Virus record (IMG/VR): IMGVR_UViG_3300032250_000269
Location: 89,069-99,415 of that record
Reading direction: 5' to 3' (one strand)
Length of the DNA: 10,347 bases
Origin: a virus
Lineage: Duplodnaviria; Heunggongvirae; Uroviricota; Caudoviricetes
The translations under genes and the position numbers were made by a program. The notes beneath the pieces were generated by a model that made no database searches, was not told the origin of the DNA, and saw only the letters and a program-made list of their open reading frames with translations. Shown in pieces: positions 6,821-10,347 of this stretch. How positions within the stretch are numbered: position 1 is the first letter of the stretch; each line of letters begins with the position of its first letter.

Positions 6821-7136
6821 GTTATCAGTTGTTGACAATCAACAATAAAGGTCTAGAGGACACGGGGGCAGTACCCGTCACCTCCACCATCTACTTAGTA
6901 AGAACTGAGAGGGTATCTCAGACAAGCAATGTAGCTAATTGTTTCGGGGGTTACTTGCTAGGTAGTTGATGGGGGTGAACTAGGATCGACTTGGACGGAA
7001 TAGGAAGATCGAGACTGATTGACTGGCAAAGTGCCACAAAACGTAAATGCAAACGATAACAACGCATATGGAGCTTTTGCGCTAGCCGCATAAGTAATCG
7101 GGGGTCCGGTGGGTACCTAGCAACAGAAACCCACCA
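6821..7136 (+). ncRNA. ssrA: Circularly permuted two-piece tmRNA, alphaproteobacterial type
   Basis: Acceptor piece about 6821-6889 has T arm ACGGG-GGCAGTA-CCCGT and ends CACCTCC-A-CCA. Intervening segment 6890-6970. Coding piece begins GGGGGTG (6971-6977), giving an acceptor stem with G3:U70 alanine identity, followed by AACTAGGATCGAC. Resume context TAAAT-GCA. Tag ANDNNAYGAFALAA* at 7049-7093. Terminal hairpin GGTGGGT/ACCCACC (7108-7135). The pieces pair via TTGGAC/GTCTAG and ACTGAT/ATCAGT. Confidence 0.95.
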
Positions 7137-7160
7137 CTTTATTATGGGATGTGATTTGAC

Positions 7161-7625
7161 ATGAAACCTTATTTTGTTGGTATGGGATTTATTCCTATTT
7201 TGATCTTTGCACATTTTTTTATGCCACCATGGTTCTTTATGATAGTAGCATTTTCTATGCTATTCTTTTTTTGTCAGATGGCGGCTAATCATAAAGAACC
7301 AGTATTTGAGTGGCCTGAATTGTCGTTTTCTCAAAATGACAAAACTATCATCCTTACCATGTCAACCAAAGATGGTAAGAGTATTGATAGATATCTTTCT
7401 ATCAACCGCCTTAACCTTCCTAAAACAGTTGTTGAAAAGACCGTAGAAAAAACCACATCATCTATCTGGCACGTGCTTGGTATGATGCCTACGACTGATA
7501 GGAACGCTGTAGAGAAGGCATTTCGTAAAATGTCTATGGTATATCATCCTGATACTGGTGGTACGACTAGTGCTTTTAATGCGCTTGTGGAAGCAAAAGA
7601 AAAGGCACTACAGAAGTGTAGGTAA
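7161..7625 (+). CDS. Membrane-anchored J-domain (DnaJ-like) protein
   Basis: Hydrophobic N-terminus (about residues 4-37). C-terminal WHVLG...AFRKMSMVYHPDTGG...FNALVEAKEKAL carries the HPD motif. Confidence 0.85.
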   Translation: MKPYFVGMGFIPILIFAHFFMPPWFFMIVAFSMLFFFCQMAANHKEPVFEWPELSFSQNDKTIILTMSTKDGKSIDRYLSINRLNLPKTVVEKTVEKTTSSIWHVLGMMPTTDRNAVEKAFRKMSMVYHPDTGGTTSAFNALVEAKEKALQKCR

Positions 7626-7626
7626 A

Positions 7627-7697
7627 ATTTCCTTTGTGTATAAATAGATTGTCCCTAGTCCTAAGACAACGGACACACACACATACACAAAGGAAAT
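7627..7697 (+). repeat. Perfect 15-bp inverted repeat that sequesters the SD of gene 7702
   Basis: ATTTCCTTTGTGTAT (7627-7641) pairs with ATACACAAAGGAAAT (7683-7697). Confidence 0.9.
7639..7646 (+). promoter_or_regulatory. T4-type late promoter TATAAATA
   Basis: Perfect consensus in intergenic DNA, 55 nt before ATG 7702. Confidence 0.85.
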
Positions 7698-7701
7698 AAC
7701 T

Positions 7702-7920
7702 ATGTCACAAGATACCCCATATCTCCTACGCATGGAGATGATCAAGCTTGCTCAACAGAGAGCATCAGAAAAATTTCAAACAGAATGGTCTACAGCAGCA
7801 GAAAAAGCAAAAATCAACGAAAATGCTTCGTTCCTAACTGAAGTTCCAGAATACCCTAGTACAGAAAAACTTTTAGAAGAAGCCAAAAAGCTTAGAAAGT
7901 TTGTTGACGGCAAGGAATAA
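7702..7920 (+). CDS. Small late hypothetical protein (72 aa, MSQDTPYLLRMEMIKLAQ...)
   Basis: SD AAAGGA at 7689-7694, late promoter upstream and terminator downstream. The TPY.LR.E..K.A start resembles small T4-like phage hypotheticals. Confidence 0.85.
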   Translation: MSQDTPYLLRMEMIKLAQQRASEKFQTEWSTAAEKAKINENASFLTEVPEYPSTEKLLEEAKKLRKFVDGKE

Positions 7921-7928
7921 AATTATAA

Positions 7929-7962
7929 GGGGATCAGAAAAAAAATCTGATCCCCACTTTTT
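7929..7962 (+). terminator. Rho-independent terminator
   Basis: GGGGATCAGA / A7 loop / TCTGATCCCC, followed by ACTTTTT. Confidence 0.9.
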
Positions 7963-7965
7963 ATG

Positions 7966-7994
7966 TTGACACGAATCGCTTCTGCCTGTATAAT
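7966..7994 (+). promoter_or_regulatory. Perfect sigma70 consensus early promoter TTGACA-17-TATAAT
   Basis: TTGACA 7966-7971 and TATAAT 7989-7994, just after a terminator. Confidence 0.9.
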
Positions 7995-8021
7995 TAAGGC
8001 TCAACGAACGGAGAATATATT

Positions 8022-8498
8022 ATGAACATTGTTGAATTTGCTAAGATCGTGAAGCCTAACACCAAGGCAATCCTTCAGACCAAGACTGCGGTCAAGATGA
8101 ATAAGAAGGACGTTGATACCAAGAGCATTCCTAATCCACACACTGAAGTTTTCAAGATCAACACCATCAAGGTGACGATGAATGATGACTATCAGTATCG
8201 TGTGAATGAACAGCGTATCAAGGAAGGCAACAGTGCCAACTTTGAAGCCAAGAGCATGACTTATGGTCAGATGGTTGGTAACGCTCTTCTTGAGAACAAT
8301 GGCCAGCTTTACATCAAGTGCATTGAGGAAGGTCGTATTGGCATTACTATCTATGTCGATGCTGCTAACAACGTCATTGAATATGATGCTCTAAAGCCCT
8401 TCATTCCTGCTCGTAAGAGTAATGGTCAGGGTCTTGAAGAGGAAATCAAGGTTCGCAACTTCAAGGTTGATAGCGTAATCGGCTTTGAACTTATCTAA
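8022..8498 (+). CDS. Early phage hypothetical protein (158 aa)
   Basis: SD GGAG upstream, with its own promoter and terminator. Strong codon bias: all 17 Lys codons are AAG. Confidence 0.9.
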   Translation: MNIVEFAKIVKPNTKAILQTKTAVKMNKKDVDTKSIPNPHTEVFKINTIKVTMNDDYQYRVNEQRIKEGNSANFEAKSMTYGQMVGNALLENNGQLYIKCIEEGRIGITIYVDAANNVIEYDALKPFIPARKSNGQGLEEEIKVRNFKVDSVIGFELI

Positions 8499-8506
8499 AT
8501 GATATG

Positions 8507-8542
8507 AACAACTGCCATCGCAATAGTGGTGGCAGTTGTTTT
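8507..8542 (+). terminator. Rho-independent terminator
   Basis: AACAACTGCCATCGC / AATA loop / GTGGTGGCAGTTGTT, a 15-bp stem with two G:U pairs whose 3' arm runs into a T-tract. Confidence 0.8.
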
Positions 8543-8550
8543 GTCTTAAT

Positions 8551-8581
8551 CGATGAACCGTTTCGTAATAGCGATGAACCG
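8551..8581. repeat. 10-bp direct repeat CGATGAACCG, two copies at a 21-bp period
   Basis: Copies at 8551-8560 and 8572-8581. Confidence 0.85.
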
Positions 8582-8644
8582 CATTACAATCTGTTGACAT
8601 TCATACAAAAGTAGTATACATATACTTGTATGAAATTTTTATTA

Positions 8645-8652
8645 CATAAATA
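8645..8652 (+). promoter_or_regulatory. Late-promoter variant CATAAATA at the head of the long hydrolase leader
   Basis: 7/8 match to TATAAATA in intergenic DNA. Confidence 0.55.
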
Positions 8653-8946
8653 TTTCTATAGGAGGTAGTCTACCTCCATTACCATTACAACAGCTTCAAG
8701 TCCTTATGTGGCTAAGAAAGCGTTTATGTCAAAAATAGCATAAAATCCCTTTATGCGAAAAACAACATAAACACCGACGAAAACACTAATGATTTTGCAT
8801 TCCTAGTAATGGAGGGATGGATGTAGAAGATACCGATTTTTATTTTCATTGTATCTTCTCATGAATTATTGATAGTAGGCGTTGAGATACGCTATAACGC
8901 TTTCAGTAGTTCCAAAGTCATTAATTGACGAGAATACAAATGACTT
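8653..8946 (+). ncRNA. Candidate structured 5' leader RNA of the SleB-gp33-gp59 operon
   Basis: About 290 nt with no convincing gene and many stems: GGAGGTA/TACCTCC, GCATAAA/TTTATGC, CCTCCATTAC/GTAATGGAGG, AGAAGATAC/GTATCTTCT, GCGTT/AACGC and AAGTCATT/AATGACTT. Confidence 0.55.
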
Positions 8947-9491
8947 ACTTAACAAAAAATAAAAAATATACTTTAAAAAACATAGTGATTACATTTTTTA
9001 TTATGGTATCAATTGTTGCAGCAGCAATATCAACTCCTGCAAAACCATCACCAACAGTAGAAAGTTCTAGACAAGTAGAACAAAATACTGTACAGAACAA
9101 AAGAATTACACCGTATGACGAAAGTCAGATAAATTGTCTAGCCCGAAATGCATATTTTGAGGCAGGAAATCAATCTGAAAGAGGCATGATTGCTGTTACG
9201 AGTGTAGTTATGAACCGTACTAAGGATAGTAGGTTTCCAGACACACCATGTGCTGTTATTAGACAGAAAAACCATGGTGTATGTCAATTTTCTTGGGTCT
9301 GCCAAGGTAAAAACAAAATCCGTGATGCAGATATGTTTAGAAGAGCACGAGCAGCCGCAGAGCGTGTCTATCTAAATAAAGTGTACGATGTAACACACGG
9401 CGGATTATTTTATCATGCAAAATATGTTCATCCTAGATGGAATTTAACACAGGTTGCCAGTATTGGCGCACATATATTTTATAGAGGATAG
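8940..9491 (+). CDS. SleB/CwlJ-family (Hydrolase_2) cell-wall hydrolase with N-terminal signal or anchor; ends in TAG
   Basis: CLARNAYFEAGNQ (catalytic Glu), AVTSVVMNR....RFPDTPCAVI, CQFSW, LFYHA.YV.P.W and IGAHIFY. Hydrophobic IVITFFIMVSIVAAAI. The start is ATG 8940 or the in-frame TTG 8925. Confidence 0.92.
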   Translation: MTYLTKNKKYTLKNIVITFFIMVSIVAAAISTPAKPSPTVESSRQVEQNTVQNKRITPYDESQINCLARNAYFEAGNQSERGMIAVTSVVMNRTKDSRFPDTPCAVIRQKNHGVCQFSWVCQGKNKIRDADMFRRARAAAERVYLNKVYDVTHGGLFYHAKYVHPRWNLTQVASIGAHIFYRG

Positions 9492-9494
9492 TTG

Positions 9495-9737
9495 ATGAGT
9501 GAATTAAAGTTAGCCAAAGCGATTAATACAGACAGATTTTTTAAAGAAATTGATTCTTTAGTTAAGAAACATAGACTGAGTTATATTGACGCTATAGTCT
9601 TTTTCTGTGAAAAGAACGAGATTGAAATAGAAACCGCTGCTGCAATGATCGCTGGCAACTATAGAATGAAGTCATCACTACAAACAGAAGGCGAAGAGCT
9701 TCATTTTCTGCCAAGGTCTGCTAAGCTTCCTATCTAA
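9495..9737 (+). CDS. gp33: T4 gp33-like late transcription co-activator
   Basis: F..EID..V......YIDAIVFFCEKNEIEIE...L...E.EELHFL....KLPI pattern. Conserved 33-59 gene order. SD GAGGA at 9484-9488. Confidence 0.88.
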   Translation: MSELKLAKAINTDRFFKEIDSLVKKHRLSYIDAIVFFCEKNEIEIETAAAMIAGNYRMKSSLQTEGEELHFLPRSAKLPI

Positions 9738-9753
9738 CTAATAGGATTATATT

Positions 9754-10329
9754 ATGACTGGTTTTGAAGCCTACAAGATGTACTTGGGGATTAAGTCGCA
9801 CTTCGCCAATAATACTTATAGTTATGTAAAATATCAAGGTAATGTTAGAGCAAACGAGCATTCGTTTAATAAAAGAAATGATAGATATTTCTTTGAAAAA
9901 TTATCAAAACAACCCGATCTATTGAACTTTCTTGTTGCAAATTTTCTAGAAGGTGATATATGGGTACGTGATTTGTTCAATGACGAATCACAAGAAAGAT
10001 ATGCTAACTGGCAACGAAGAGTTCAGTCATTATCATATAACTTTCAAAATGAGCTATCCCAAATCTCTGAAGATTTTAAAGGCTATTTTGTTGTCAATAG
10101 CGGACAACACCCAAAACTACTAAAACAATTTCGTCATGGTAATATCAGCATTGAAACGCTGACTATTCTTAATGACCTAATCAACTTCTTCCCATATTGG
10201 GATAAGAAGATTTCAGACAATATCATTTGGCCAAAAACCAGAGACAAATGTCTGAATTACAGTGAGTTTATCAAATATGATAAATCTAAAATGAAGAAGA
10301 TTATCAAAGATATACTTGCTGATCAGTAA
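9754..10329 (+). CDS. gp59: T4 gp59-like helicase loader
   Basis: MTGFEAYKMYLGIKSHF...YSYVKYQG, F.KRNDRYFFEKLS and ISIETL.IL...F.YWDK.I patterns. Follows gp33. Confidence 0.92.
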   Translation: MTGFEAYKMYLGIKSHFANNTYSYVKYQGNVRANEHSFNKRNDRYFFEKLSKQPDLLNFLVANFLEGDIWVRDLFNDESQERYANWQRRVQSLSYNFQNELSQISEDFKGYFVVNSGQHPKLLKQFRHGNISIETLTILNDLINFFPYWDKKISDNIIWPKTRDKCLNYSEFIKYDKSKMKKIIKDILADQ

Positions 10330-10347
10330 CTTTTTTTACATGATTTG

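Noticed and set aside
6832-6837. TTGACA as a sigma70 -35 element
   Set aside because: No suitable -10 at 17 nt. It lies within the TTGTTGA/TCAACAA hairpin of the tmRNA acceptor piece.
6951-7214. Minus-strand 87-aa ORF
   Set aside because: It overlaps the tmRNA coding piece, which fully explains the sequence.
5623-8507. Lambda bar-like minigenes ATG ATA TGA at 5623, 5931 and 8499
   Set aside because: Tempting beside a Pth gene, but SD spacing is only 2-3 nt or absent. At 5623 and 5931 they are simply the spacer before a better-placed ATG.
8504-8743. 79-codon frame open if two TAGs (8612, 8666) are read through
   Set aside because: It has no SD, runs through a terminator and promoter elements, and the peptide is not protein-like. 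It does show that long TAG-read-through frames can arise by chance, which tempers the amber-gate hypotheses.
9371-9378. TCTAAATA as an internal late promoter for gp33
   Set aside because: Two mismatches to consensus, inside a coding region, and expected by chance in AT-rich DNA.
10-10329. Full TAG-to-sense recoding (genetic code 15) of this region
   Set aside because: All recognisable genes are full length under code 11, and no conserved protein is interrupted by TAG. Other genome regions could still be recoded.
1-10347. CRISPR array, IS/transposon, intron or homing endonuclease
   Set aside because: No regularly spaced repeats, transposase/integrase/HNH/GIY-YIG motifs or interrupted genes were seen.

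Overview
This AT-rich window comes from a T4-like (Tevenvirinae-type) phage. All credible genes lie on the + strand. The gp33-gp59 core genes and TATAAATA late promoters support the T4-like assignment, and the two-piece tmRNA suggests an alphaproteobacterial host. From left to right it holds a hypothetical gene, an rmlA-rmlC-rmlB nucleotide-sugar cassette with no rmlD, a stand-alone LigA domain-Ia-like protein, small early hypotheticals, an Rnl2-family RNA ligase, an amber-suppressor tRNA (anticodon CUA), a gene pair ending in a Pth2-like peptidyl-tRNA hydrolase, a circularly permuted tmRNA, a membrane J-domain protein, two hypotheticals, a SleB-family cell-wall hydrolase, gp33 and gp59. The most striking unexplained structure is a leader design that occurs twice (5923-6040 and 8811-8946). 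Each copy has an SD, a very short ORF ending ...ATG-TAG, then a stop-free frame that crosses a hairpin hiding the next gene's SD or start codon and ends in a TGA overlapping a start codon of that gene. With the phage's own amber tRNA, this suggests amber-gated translational switches inside a larger translation-rescue module. The sequence elements were read directly by hand. Protein family calls rest on motif recognition without database searches, and the regulatory model is inference.
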